Below, piece by piece: positions 14,401 to 25,619 of a stretch of 64,000 nt of DNA. How positions within the stretch are numbered: position 1 is the first letter of the stretch; each line of letters opens with the position of its first letter. The notes beneath the pieces were generated by a model. The model was not told the origin of the DNA and did not search any database. It was given only the letters and a program-made list of their open reading frames with translations. A program made the translations under genes and the position numbers. The DNA lies in NCBI GenBank assembly GCA_964016885.1, contig OZ024743.1, positions 370,512,001 to 370,576,000 of the forward strand, in the 5' to 3' direction. This DNA is from Eledone cirrhosa (lineage: Eukaryota).

Positions 14401-14720
14401 TGATAACAGGGAGATGGGTGAATTTAGGGTTGATAACAGGGAGATGGGTGAATGTAGAGATGATAACAGGGAGATGGTTGAATATAGGGATGATAACGGG
14501 GAGATTGTGGAATGTAGATATGATAACAGGGAGATGTGGTAATGTAGGGATCATAACAGGATGATGGGTGAATGTAGAGACGATAACATTGACATGTGAG
14601 AATGTAGAGATGATAACAGGGAGATGGAGGAATGTAAAGATGATAACAGGGACATGGGTGAATGTAAGGATGATAACATGGAGGTGGGAGAATGTAGAAA
14701 TGATAACAGGGAGATGATCA
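2440..14720. repeat. Intronic 30-bp tandem satellite, about 410 units
   Basis: Consensus GATGATAACAGGGAGATGGGGGAATGTAGA recurs continuously, with 27/29/31-bp indel variants and degenerate units at both edges. It translates to the DDNREMGECR, MITGRWGNVE and PHLPVIISTF repeats seen in the ORF track. Confidence 0.98.
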
Positions 14721-15109
14721 TGATAGAGGATGATGAATCTGAAATTTGGCAGTGGTTGGAAATGGCTGGAAGATAGTTTCTAGGAGGCGTTGGTAATGTG
14801 ATGTGTATGGATGGTCAAAAAGATGAGCAAGATTCCTTTAAAAGATGAAGGTGGAAAGAGGATTGATGAGATGAGAAAGAAGTTTAAAGAACGACATTAA
14901 GAGAAGGATATATTCATGACCTGATTTATTGAGAGGGGGAGATGTTAAAACCTTGGGCACCTCTCGTGAAACAGGGCCACATCTAGGAATAGCCATGCCC
15001 CTCCCCCAACCTGAACTGCCCCAGGCCCCACCAAGGTCTAAACATGGCCTTGGATACAGCAACAGTAAAGGTAGCACAGGAAACATACATGGTAGTTAAC
15101 ATGACTGCA

Positions 15110-16700
15110 AAATCACAGAATGCACAGAGGAAAATGTTGAGAGATGTCTGGATGTATCAGAGGATTAGAATGGGTTGTTTCCAATTGCTAAGCAGTTAGC
15201 AAAAGAGATATGATGTGACAGAGGTGAGTTGCTTGAAGGAAGAATTGGGTCAAATTGTTGTGTGCCAATATAGAAGTAAAGGAAATCAGCAGGGTTATAT
15301 GGAAAGGTTGTTCAATGTTAAATATGGAGAATAAATGAGCTGGCATCATAGAGAGCAGTCTAATTCTTGAACCAATACTAAAGATAACTGAGATGGAAAT
15401 TAAGGTAGAGATAAAAGTAATGGAAATGGAAGAGCAGAAATGTTAACAGAAGTTGTGGGCAGTAGGAATTTGAATGTGTGAAGAAAAAATGAGAAAACTG
15501 TAGGTTGGAGATGAAAGAGGTCCAATGGATTGACAGTTGAATACTCTCATTCCTTTGCTCAAATGGAAAAGTTATTCTCTAGACTGTGGCTTTTATAAAG
15601 TAATTATGTTATTGGAGCTTGGAATAAAGGTATTTGAAAAAATGTGTGAAAAGAAGATAAAGAAGAAAATGTACACCAATAAAATACAATTTGGATTTAT
15701 GCTGAGAAGAAAAATGATAGATGCAATCTTTAGTGTAAGAAAAGTACAGCCATCCAGAAAGTGACATGGGAAGTTGTGACATAGATATTGAGGGAATTAA
15801 TGATGTCGGTTAGAGCAGTGATGACAATGTATGAGAGTGTGTGCACAGTTGTAATGATGAAGGATGAAAAAAGTGACAAGTTTGAAGTGATAGGAGTACA
15901 TCAATGACCACTATTAAGCCCACTACTGGTTGTAGTTGTGATAGCTCAAATTATAAATGAATATGGAAGTGGCTGTGTACAGGAAAAGTGTTGGAATGAA
16001 TTCCATTAAATATGCAATATGTGAAGTTTGGGTTCTTTGAAAAAGTATAGGTCAGAAGAAAAGTTTGTTAAATAATATGACATCTACATTTAAGTGTGAA
16101 GTGTGAAAGGGGGCAGTTGCAGATGGAGAGAATGTTGGGGTAGATATTATAACTGATGTGAAACTGAAAGATGAGAAAACATTCTGTTATGTAGAAAACA
16201 TTTTGAATGGAGAACGTGAATTAGACTCAGAAATTGTGGTTAGAGTGTATGAAAGAAATTTTTGAAAATTCCTGGAAATTAGTGGTGTAGTAATAAGGAG
16301 ACAAGTGTTGCTAAAACTGAAGGGAAAGTTGTATGTTACTCGTGTGAGAAGGGCTACATTATGAGAGAAAGACATAGGTAGTGAACTTGGAGCAATAGAG
16401 AAAAAGGGATTCAGTGGATGAACAGGATATTACTGAGAGAGAGAAAGACAAGCAATGAATTACAGAGGATGGTAATAATAAACCCAGTGATAGATGTTGT
16501 GAAGAAAAATGCGATGAGATGGATGAGTCATATGCTGGGGAAGGTTGAAAGTGGGTAGGTGGGGGAGTGATAGAAATAAATGTGGAGGGAGGGCTGAGAA
16601 AGTCATTGTTAAAGGTAATTGAGGCAGAAATGAGTAAAGTAGGGTTAGTGGGTGAGGTTGTAGTGAATAAAATCCAATGAAAGAAACTTATAAAGGAGCC
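15110..16700 (+). mobile_element. Heavily degraded RTE-clade LINE (RT remnants)
   Basis: Remnant motifs KIQFGFMLRRKMIDAIFSVRKVQ, GVHQ..LLSPLL and LKLKGKLY correspond to the better preserved RTE copies at 41 and 46 kb; many stops. Confidence 0.7.
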
Positions 16701-16818
16701 AACAAGGCTAGCTCCTATTTTATACTTATATAATGTAAAAGTTCTGAATGCTTTTTTCACATATGTTAAATATTTGGCCTCTGGTGATATTGCTTACTTA
16801 AAATATTTTATTTTCTAG

Positions 16819-17121
16819 GTCAATACATAATAGCCAATTCTACTGAAGAAAGCAGTCTAACATTACCTAATATAAATATTACAAATACTTCCTGTCTTAA
16901 TTTTTACTATTCATTCTTTGGAGATGGAAATGTATCAGTCTATGACAATGATCTTTTTATAATGGGTCTTTCTAAATTTGATGCTGATATCTGGAGGAAT
17001 GCCAATATTACACTACATGAAGGATACCACAGCATTTACTTTACATACTCAGGTGCCAATAAGTCTGGAAACATAGCACTTGACAGTGTTTCATTAATAC
17101 CAGGATGGTGTTCAGCTACAG
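16819..17121 (+). CDS. Exon B: remainder of the MAM domain
   Basis: Acceptor ttattttctag, donor G|gtaaga; 303 nt, phase 1-1, no stops. Encodes GQYIIANSTEESSLTLPNINITNTSCLNFYYSFFGDG...IWRNANITL...SGNIALDSVSLIPGWCSAT, with the MAM motifs CLxFxY, W, and GxIALDxVxLxxGxC. Confidence 0.92.
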
Positions 17122-17179
17122 GTAAGAACGATCTGACCTTTTATATTTCTTTAATGTTTAAAAAGTTTAAATTCAGTCA

Positions 17180-17420
17180 TGAGCTCAGAGGCTCATCAGT
17201 CTGGTGCTTATCCAGGTTTCCAAGACGTTAAGCGACTAAGAGAACAAGACCCTCTTGGAGAGGACTCCAGTCCATGACAGCGTTAAACCATCAGCTATTG
17301 CTGGTACTCATTTTCAGTTGAGTATACTGAAGCAATGTGAAATGAAGTGTTTTACTCAAGAATACAACACAAAATTATGATCATAAGTCCAATACACTTA
17401 CCACTAGGCTACACACCTTA
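17180..17420 (-). mobile_element. tRNA-headed SINE, second family (CTTGAGCAAGACACTT-type core)
   Basis: The minus strand begins aggtgtgtagcctagtggtaag (A-box-like), then ...cttgagtaaaacacttcatttcacattgc. Homologous to 31183-31430, 34803-35140 and 44497-44620. Confidence 0.7.
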
Positions 17421-17935
17421 TATTTCTTGATAATGTTTACTTCAGGAAACAAATAAGAAGATTTGACCAGGAGATGTATACACATAGACAAACAGATTGC
17501 AATGGTTCACAAAATTCATATGTAATATCATCCTTATATTGCACCCAGAATAATACTTCTATTTCTATCATATTTTCACTATACATTTGACCTTATTAAC
17601 ACTGGGGATCTTCTTCCCTGGTAAATGCACATACTTTACATAACAGAGAACATGATTGACTTTCTCTTCAGAACAAGAAAATACATACTGCAGCCCCCAT
17701 TAATCTACTACCCCTCTACATGGCTCAGGGGATACACACAATGGAATACTGCTCCCACATCTGGTATAAAACTGCTAATATTTACACACATGCACACACA
17801 GACACACACAGACACATACACACATACAGACACATAGATACACACACATCGAGACACATAAATACACACACACATATGAGTATATCCTGACTGATTTGAA
17901 TGAAATGGTTCATAAACACAGTTTAACCTAAGTTC

Positions 17936-18421
17936 ATAGTGCAGAATATTCTCAACTCTCTCACACACTATGCTAACAGCGTTTGCTATTTGATTTATAG
18001 TCAATCACCTGTCATCCATCACCATGTGGTGAAGACAATCAATGTTTTCCTCTGTGGTGACAGTTGCCGGACATCCAGACCTTGGGTTATATTCATGACT
18101 CTCCCTTTCCCTCCCAAATTCAGCTGTCCACTTTTGCACTGTTGATAAAGCTGGAGCATCATTCCCTAATGTAGCTACCATGTCAGCATAAATGTCATGG
18201 GGTGGGGGGGCTTTTTTAGTAGGTACTTGATAACACCACAAGTCCATTTTGAAGAGAAATTGCTACTAGTGTATTTGAAATCTTTTAACAATCATATGTC
18301 AGTGTATCTGAAAAGAAGCAATGCAGCTATTAATAAGAAGAGTTGAAATTAATGCATGTAAGATTTCGCAGTAGTAGCATTACGCCTTCATAGTCAGCCT
18401 ATGAAATTTTCAGCCCACATA
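17936..18421 (-). mobile_element. Mariner/Tc1 transposon 5' fragment (transposase HTH region plus one TIR-like end)
   Basis: Translation HDIYADMVATLGNDAPALSTVQKWTAEFGRERESHEYNPRSGCPATVTTEENIDCLHHMVMDDR*MTINQIANAVSI resembles a mariner transposase N-terminus. TIR-like gggctgaaaatttcataggctgac at about 18394-18417. Confidence 0.82.
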
Positions 18422-19385
18422 CGAGTATGTCCTGACTGATTTGATTGAAAGGGCTGACAAACACAGTCTAACTTCTAGTCCACAACTGTGCTCTTCTCTC
18501 TCTCTCTCTTTTTCCCACTACTACTATGGCCACTTCTGTTTGGGTATATTCAGTCTCATGCCACCTCCCCTCAGGTACTTCGGGTTCACTTATCTTTCTT
18601 CCTTTCACCACCAATATTATTTCCAATGTACCAGTACCTAGACTGATCACTCTACAAAGTCTTTCATTCTAAGAATCTGAGCCCTCTTCGATTCCCTCTT
18701 GACACATGTGATTTCTTCAACTATCAAGAGGCAGATGATTAAGAAAAGCATTAAGTATGTCAACCTTCCCTCAGACATTGGGAGCCACTAAAATGAGATG
18801 ATGATAGCCCTTTCCTCACCACCCTCATTGGAGAAAAGCCCTTATACCCAAGTCTTAGAGTGCGTCTGAAATTTACATGTTGATAGCCCTTTCTTCACCA
18901 CAAATGAAGCTTCATCATTTTTCTCATTTTAAACACTCAGCCTGTGCATTGAGTGTTCATACTGACTCCACTACCAGTAAATCACTGAATCACATATACT
19001 ATACTATATATATAACCCACTTTCTTGACATCAACAATCTGCTGAACCCCAACCAACATGGGTTCTGTAATGGAAGGGACTGCCTAATGCAGCTCCTACA
19101 TCACTTTGATGACATTTTAAGAGCTTTGGGAGAGGGCTCCAACACTGATGTCATCTACCTTAATTTCAGCAAGGCCTTTGACAGGGTTAATCACAACATT
19201 CCACTGAAAAAACTATCCAACAATGGTGTCTCTGAAAAGTTATTGCAATGGATCAAGTGTTCCCTGTCAAACAGAGCCCAACATGTTATAGTCAGAAGTG
19301 TACAATCTAGCCCAGCCAAAGTCAGTAGTGGCATTCCACAAGGCACTGTGTTGGGATCACTTCTCTTCATTATTTATATCAATGA

Positions 19386-19570
19386 TGGTGGATTGGCAGT
19401 ATCAGTAGAGGGTCAGACGCCATGCTTTGTAGCATAGAGTTACGCCCCTTTATGGTCTGAGTTCAAATCCCGCCGAGGTTAACTTTGCCTTTGATCCTTA
19501 TGGGGTCGATAAAATAAAGTACCAGTAATGCACTGGAGTAATTGCTGGCCTTGTGCCAAAAGCAGAAACA
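19386..19570 (+). mobile_element. Young full-length tRNA-derived SINE with a 17-bp TSD
   Basis: A-box tggcagtatcag, B-box gagttcaaatcc, core GAGGTTAACTTTGCCTTT...GGGGTCGATAAAATAAAGTACCAGT. TSD attatttatatcaatga at 19369-19385 and 19571-19587. Confidence 0.92.
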
Positions 19571-20052
19571 ATTATTTATATCAATGACATTATCGACATC
19601 ATGAAACACAACAACATAAGAATCTTTGCAGACTATTCCAAGCTCCAGAAGGTCATTGATGGAGTGGATGACCAAACATGCCTTCAATTAGATCTACTGG
19701 CTGTTATCCAATGGGCAGAAAAACCAATATGCAGCTGAATGACGATTAATTTGAACTAATCCACATTCCCTCCCTTTAGGTGAAACTCTCGTGGCATCCA
19801 ACAACATCAGAGACTTGGGAGTAATTGTCGATAACAACATAAGCTCGGCCTCTCATATAAGCAGCAAAATTGACATGGCCTGCAGAATGTGTTCCTGGAT
19901 TCTCAGAACTTTCCAGTCGAGAGATAACCACACTATTATCCTTCTCTTCTCTACCTTTGCCCGACTTTACCTTGAATACTGTTGTCCACTGTGGTCTCCC
20001 CACACAAAACAAAGTATTTTGAAAATTGTAACACTTCAAAGGTTAATCACAC

Positions 20053-20157
20053 AAAAGATAGATGACATGACAGACCTTGACTATTGGAAAAGATAGATGA
20101 CATGACAGACCTTGACTATTGGAAAAGATAGATGACATGACAGACCTTGACTATTGG
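20053..20157. repeat. Perfect 35-bp triplication inside the CR1-like element
   Basis: aaaagatagatgacatgacagaccttgactattgg x3. Confidence 0.95.
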
Positions 20158-20524
20158 TGTCGACTAGAAAAGCCCAAACTCTATTTTCTCCAACGGAATT
20201 GTGATCGCTACCTTATCTGCATGATGTGGAAAATATTCCCTCAGTATTGCCTAAATGATGTTGGCATCATCTCTAAAGTACATCTAAGGCTTGGGCACCA
20301 TGTTATCCACCCACAACAAAAATCAAACTCGCATCTCATAACAACATTATGTCACAATTATTTCACCTCAACTGGTCATGCTCATCAAAACACATCATTC
20401 TCCATAAACAATAACTTTCTACTTGAGTTGGCCATGGTGTTCGAATCCTGATTTGAAAGACTTCACCAGGTGGTGCTATTAAGTTAGAATGGCCTGGGCC
20501 AATACTGGCCGAAACCTATCCCAC

Positions 20525-20596
20525 ACCAAATGGAACAAAACCGTCTAACCCATGCTAACATGGAAGATGGATGTTAAACGATGATGATGATGATGA
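20525..20596 (+). mobile_element. RTE 3' tail fragment
   Basis: ccgtctaacccatgctaacatggaagatggatgttaaacg(atg)n has the same form as the other RTE 3' ends in the window. Confidence 0.75.
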
Positions 20597-20772
20597 TATG
20601 TATATACATATATATATATATATAACACAGTTGGCAGTGTTTGATAAGGTTGTTTTTTGTAGAAACATCATTGCAATATTTTACAGTATTTATAAGAAAT
20701 TAAAAAAACAAATGGAAAATAAATATCCTTTTATTATTTTTTAATTTAGTTGTTACTATTTCCTTTCTTTAG

Positions 20773-20886
20773 ATTGTGGAGAATATTGGTATTCTTGTAA
20801 TGACAATCATACATGCTACCCTTACACTACAAAATGTGATGGGGTAGAAAACTGTGCTAATGGACATGATGAAGAAAATTGTACAA
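20773..20886 (+). CDS. Exon C: LDL-receptor class A repeat
   Basis: Acceptor tcctttctttag, donor A|gtaagt; 114 nt, phase 1-1. Encodes DCGEYWYSCNDNHTCYPYTTKCDGVENCANGHDEENCT, with 6 Cys and the CDGxxxCxxGxDExxC motif. Confidence 0.93.
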
Positions 20887-21521
20887 GTAAGTATATATTA
20901 CATATTTGAGTTTGTAATAGTTGTATTAATATTATGGTTATGATAATATTAACTGGAGTAGTTAAACTCATTTACCGGTTGATTAAAAGCTCAATGCAGT
21001 GGGGCTCATGCAGAGCTGTTATACATTAATTTCATAAACACTAAGAAGAAGAAGAAGAAGAAGAAGAAGGGGAGGAGGAGGAGGGGAAGAAGAAGAAGAA
21101 GAAGGTGATGATGACAAAGGTCATGCTCAATCATTTAGCTCTCTACACTCCAGCTCATACATTTAATTTCCAGTTGCTTTTTTAGCTCAATACAGGTAAA
21201 GATTGTACACCAAGCATTTCTCTTGAATCTTAACAAATCTACAATCACTACCCACCAATCTACCATCATGAGAAATATTTTGTTACTAACACAAGTAACA
21301 ACTCTCTGAACCTCTTTAAACTCTTATCTACTTCTCGTCTTCTTGAGTTATCCTTCCATCCATCGAAGGTGAAGCATTTGCTTTTTCTAATGGCTTGCCA
21401 CACCTGTATACTCATAGATTTATCAATAACTGGAGCAGTTGTGCCAACCAATTGTCTAATTAATAGTTGATCATCTGCGAAGCCACTGTTGTTCATGGTG
21501 CTGAGGTGATCTAATTAAACT

Positions 21522-21955
21522 TGTAGCGCTCTCTAGATAAAGGGAAGTAGCTCAAGTTACTTCCCATAGAATTTCTAGAACATTCCTTGAACTTCCGTTC
21601 CAGGTATTATAAAAGAAAGAGAAAAGGGCAATCTCCCTCTTTGGCAGCTGGCTCTAGAACTGACCACACCGAGCACAAATATCCTATCTTGTATTTCAGG
21701 ATTACACTTCTATCATGTCACAAGGTACGTTTTACTACCAAATTGTAATATGCACACTACAATAAAATACAATTGTTATTGGTACTCATTTTGAGATATT
21801 CGTCATCCATCATTTTAGTACGCTGAATGTAGAGAGATAATTCTAACCAAGGAAAATCACATGAAAGTTCTTCTATATCTTCTTTCAAATTAAATTAGTG
21901 GTTGGCATGCAGTGGTATTTACCGGAGTAAATAACTCAATGACCAATCTACTAAA
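21522..21955 (+). mobile_element. Putative 5' LTR of a Gypsy element
   Basis: Begins TGTAGCG, contains TATAAAA (21608) and AATAAA (21761), and lies immediately upstream of a PBS and gag. No second LTR is present to confirm the boundaries. Confidence 0.6.
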
Positions 21956-21956
21956 G

Positions 21957-21976
21957 TGGTGACCCGACGTTTGAAC
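21957..21976 (+). promoter_or_regulatory. Primer-binding site complementary to tRNA-Trp
   Basis: TGGTGACCCGACGTTTGAAC resembles the tRNA-Trp PBS TGGTGACCCCGACGTGA used by avian sarcoma/leukosis viruses, with small deletions. Confidence 0.72.
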
Positions 21977-22073
21977 ATAAAATTTCTCCTGAAAATCATC
22001 TCTCTCGCTTCTGTTTATCCGACCAAGTTTTGTCTTTGAGCATTCCTCGCTCAGCATCCACCGTGCCACAATT

Positions 22074-24960
22074 ATGAGCAACACATCGTTACCGGCGTAT
22101 TCTGGCGATGCTAAATTGTGGTTTGCCCAACTAGATGCGTATTTTACTGCCAACGGAGTACAGGCAGCTCAGCAAAAACTACACATGCTGATTAGTGGAA
22201 TTCCCACTTCGCTGGCAACTACAGTAAAGGACAGACACTCCACAAGGCGCTTCCTACGATTCTCTGAAGACAGAGGTACTGCGTAGAAACAGTAGGTCGT
22301 CTGAGAGTAGATTTTGTTCATTATTATAAGATGAAAATCTGGAGGACAGAACTCCTTCAGAGTTTTTATGGCATATCCGAGAACTCAGCGATGCTGCGCC
22401 CGAAGACAGTTCCTTCGTAAAGAAGTTATTCTTCTCCCGATTGCCAACCAATGTGCAAACCATATTGACGAATATGGTTGACACCAGTTCTATAGAACAA
22501 ATTGCTGCCTCTGCGGACAGGATTATGGAATTTTCTAGGGGACCTACCTCGGCTGATTCGGTCATTGCTTCTTCTATTCTTAAAAAACAGCCTGCCTCAC
22601 CTAGTGAGGAAGCCATGTTGAGAGCTATTGACGGGTTAACACATCAAGTAGCTAAACTGTGTCGTGATCAAGTGCCACCTAGGCGGCGTTCACAAAGTCG
22701 GTCTTTTTCTCCTCACCGACGTACCAAGTCCCCAGCCAACAGTTCTTCTTTGTGTTGGTACCATGCGAGTTTCAGTGATAAGGCACATCATTGTATCAAG
22801 CTCTGCTCTTTAGGGGCATTGGAAAACTAAGTTTGGAGAGTCTGGGCACGGCAGACCTCTCCCTTAAAATTTCACCTTATCGTGCTTTCTTCATCAGAGA
22901 CCGAGTCTCAAACAGGTCATTCATGGTTGACACAGGATCAAGTTGCAGTATTTGACCCTTACGGTTCAGCTCTACCAAGCCAACTTTTTCCGGCATTTCT
23001 TTGTATGCAGTGAACCAGTCTCCTATAAAAACCTATGGACAGATATCTTTATCATTGGACCTAGTTTTGCGTCAAGATTTTAAATGGATTTTCGTCAGTG
23101 CCGACCTACCTCATCCTATTCTTGGTGTGGATTTCTTACACCACTATTCACTTTTGGTAGATGTCAGGAAACAGAAACTTGTGGATAGTACCACATCCTT
23201 ATCAACGCCTACTCATAAATCTACTGCTGCTGCTGTCAGTCCATCATTTTTTGTGGCTGCTGCTGGAAAACAGTTTCATGCACTCCGTACTTCGTTTCCC
23301 GAATTAACGGATATTTCATTTAAACCTACCCAGGCAGGTCACTCAACTCAACACTTCATTACAATGACTGGTCCACCTGTTTTCTCTCGTCCATGAAGGT
23401 TGGCTCCGGATAGACTAAAAAAAAGCCCGAGACGAGTTCGAGCATATGCTCCAGCTCAGTCTAATACGACCTTCCACCAGCCCATGGGTATCTCCACTGC
23501 ACTTGGCTCGAAAGGGTGATGCAGATTTTAGACCAGTAGGAGATTACAGAAGACTTAATGCTTTCACCACACCTGATCGTTATCCTTTACCCAACCTACA
23601 GGATTTTTCATCCGTTCTTCATGGATGCACGATATTTTCCAAAGTAGATCTAGTACGTGCATACCACCAGATACCCATGAATCCAGAGGATATACCAAAG
23701 GCAGCCGTGACCATCCCCTTTGGTTCATTTGAATTCCTGTCATGCCTTTTGGTTTGCGGAATGCCTCTAGCACGTTCCAACGATGAAGTCATGCGTGGAT
23801 TGTATTTCGTGTTTGCTTATGGGGATGACCTCCTAATAGCCAGCGACACAGCTGAACATCATCATCAACATCTATCTCAGTTATTTCAACGTCTTCAATC
23901 GTACCAGGTCAGAATCAACCCAGCTAAATGTGTTTGGTACAGCTTCACTGGAATTCCTAGGACATCTGATAGATTCAGAAGGCATTCGACCTCTGCTATC
24001 TAAGGTGGAAGCGATTCAGTGAATGGCACGCCCCCCCCCCCCCCCCCACCTCATTGAGGCAGTTACGTCACTTCTTAGGATTAATCAACTTTTATCGTCG
24101 TTTCATCCCTAACTGTGTGGACAAGTTGTTTCCCTTGACAGTTTTTAAAGGCTACGAAAAAGAAAGATGCTCCCATTTCACTTTCTGCCGATGCTTTGCA
24201 ATCTTTTGAATCCGTCAAGTCCGAAATAGCTAAAGTTTCCTTTCTGGCCGTCCTTTTGTGAACGCGAGGCTATCCTTAACTGTTGATGCGTCCGACCATG
24301 CTGTCGGAGCAGTCTTGCAACATACAATCAACCACCAGTTTCAACCACTGGCGTTTTTCTCACGCCAACTAAAACCAGCTGAGCAACGTTACAGTACTTT
24401 TGACAGAGAGCTTTTAGCAGTTTATCTTGCTGTGAGACACTTCCACCATCTTCCTGAAGGTCGGGAGTTAACGGTATTGACAGACCATAAACCACTCACA
24501 TTCGCTCTTCAATCCAAGTCCAACAGTTACTCTCCGAGGGCATACAGGCATTTGGATTTCATCTCCCAGTACACCAGTGACATTCGTCATATAGCTGGAG
24601 CTGACAATGTACCCGCGGACACACTGTCTCGACTCACTGTGTGCTCCCTTGCGTTTCCTGCACATATTGATTTGGTTGCCATTGTGACTGACCAACGTTC
24701 TTTGGATTCTCTGGATATTTCTTCTACCCAGTTTTCCTGCTGTAAATTTGAATATTTACCTCTTCCGCCTGCTGAAGGGAAAATTCTTTGCAACCACTTG
24801 TTCCAGATTGTCATCAGTGTACCATTTTTGATGCACTTCATTCCATGTCGCATCCCGGCATAGCTGCCACGGTGAAGCTCATCACGGCCCGATTCTTCTC
24901 GCCTAACATGTGTTGTTTAATCACCAGTTGGGCACCTTCTTGTTTGCAATTCGAGTCCAT
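22074..24960 (+). mobile_element. Ty3/Gypsy retrotransposon gag-pol, degenerate and truncated in integrase
   Basis: gag LPAYSGDAKLWFAQLDAYF and CWYH..F...A..C...C; protease FMVDTGSS; [40 protein letters not shown]; RNase H TVDASDHAVGAVL, YSTFDRELLA, TDHKPL, ADTLSR; integrase HHCC start H...HPG. The order PR-RT-RH-IN is Gypsy-type. Confidence 0.95.
22821..22862 (+). promoter_or_regulatory. -1 ribosomal frameshift signal (gag to pol)
   Basis: Slippery heptamer G_GAA_AAC directly before the gag TAA, a 7-nt spacer, then the hairpin GGAGAGTCTG-ggcacgg-CAGA(c)CTCTCC. The -1 frame runs open into the protease DTG motif. Confidence 0.8.
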
Positions 24961-25184
24961 AAAGTATAAATGTAAGAACTAGGCAAAAGCTGGTAGAGAA
25001 ATGCAGAAATCTCTGTCCATGCTTATTAATTAATACCTGCATTTCCTTGAAGTTAAGGTAAAAGGAGTCATAGGAGCACCGTCTTCATACACAACATATC
25101 TTGGCCATTTTAAACCTGACAAAGCTCATATATTTTGATGTAAGAATACAGCCAATCTCTTTCACAGAGAAAGGGGAAGAATCA

Positions 25185-25310
25185 ATCCCATACTGGAATG
25201 GTACTTTATTTATGAACCCCAAAAGGATGGAAGGCAAAATTTATTTTGGTGGGACGTGAGCTGGAACAGTTACCAAAGCATTATAATTCAACACATCTTT
25301 GCCAATTTGC
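25185..25310 (-). mobile_element. Old diverged SINE fragment
   Basis: ggtactttatttatgaaccccaaaaggatggaaggcaaaat is the reverse complement of the SINE core. Similar old minus-strand pieces occur at about 26130-26260, 37205-37265 and 38495-38561. Confidence 0.6.
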
Positions 25311-25474
25311 AACATAGATACTTGAAAATGTATGAGTTTAAACCAAGTCTAAGAGTAGCATGTAATTTTCTAATTAAAATTCTCAACACAGAATATGTCA
25401 ATCACGAAAAAATGGTAGAAGTTTGCCTTCAACACTTCATTAGTTATGTGACAAATATTATTTACTTCTAGCTG

Positions 25475-25619
25475 TTACTTCCAGCATAGTTACGTCCCTT
25501 TACGATCTGAGTTCAAATCCCGCCGAGGTTGACTTTGCCTTTCATCCTTACGGGGTCGATAAAATAAAGTACCAGTAATGCACTGGATAATTGCTGGCCT
25601 TGTGCCTAAAGTAGAAACA
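25475..25619 (+). mobile_element. Young 5'-truncated SINE with an 18-bp TSD
   Basis: Same core as the copy at 19386. TSD attatttacttctagctg at 25457-25474 and 25620-25637. Confidence 0.92.

Larger units (their letters stand above)
18990..20520 (+). mobile_element. CR1-like LINE, 3' half of ORF2 (RT), degraded and interrupted by a SINE
   Basis: Motifs NQHGF, DVIYLNFSKAFDRVNH, SGIPQGTVLGSLLFIIYIND, IFADYSKL (from FADD), IRDLGVIVD and LEYCCPLWSP. Confidence 0.88.

Noticed and set aside
2298-14554. Dozens of long ORFs (up to 526 aa) with DDNREMGECR, MITGRWGNVE, PHLPVIISTF or SPCYHPYIPP repeats
   Set aside because: The 30-bp unit is stop-free in five of six frames, so ORFs arise automatically. 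Frequent 1-bp indels switch frames with no sign of frame preservation, and the array is intronic.
2440-14720. CRISPR-like array (30-bp repeats)
   Set aside because: Units are head-to-tail with no unique spacers, there are no cas genes, and the context is eukaryotic.
19386-19470. tRNA genes suggested by A/B boxes in SINE heads
   Set aside because: No cloverleaf, over-long A-B spacing, multiple copies with TSDs; these are SINEs.
24031-24047. Poly-C run within Gypsy pol
   Set aside because: Simple homopolymer expansion or sequencing slippage in a dead element; no evidence of function.
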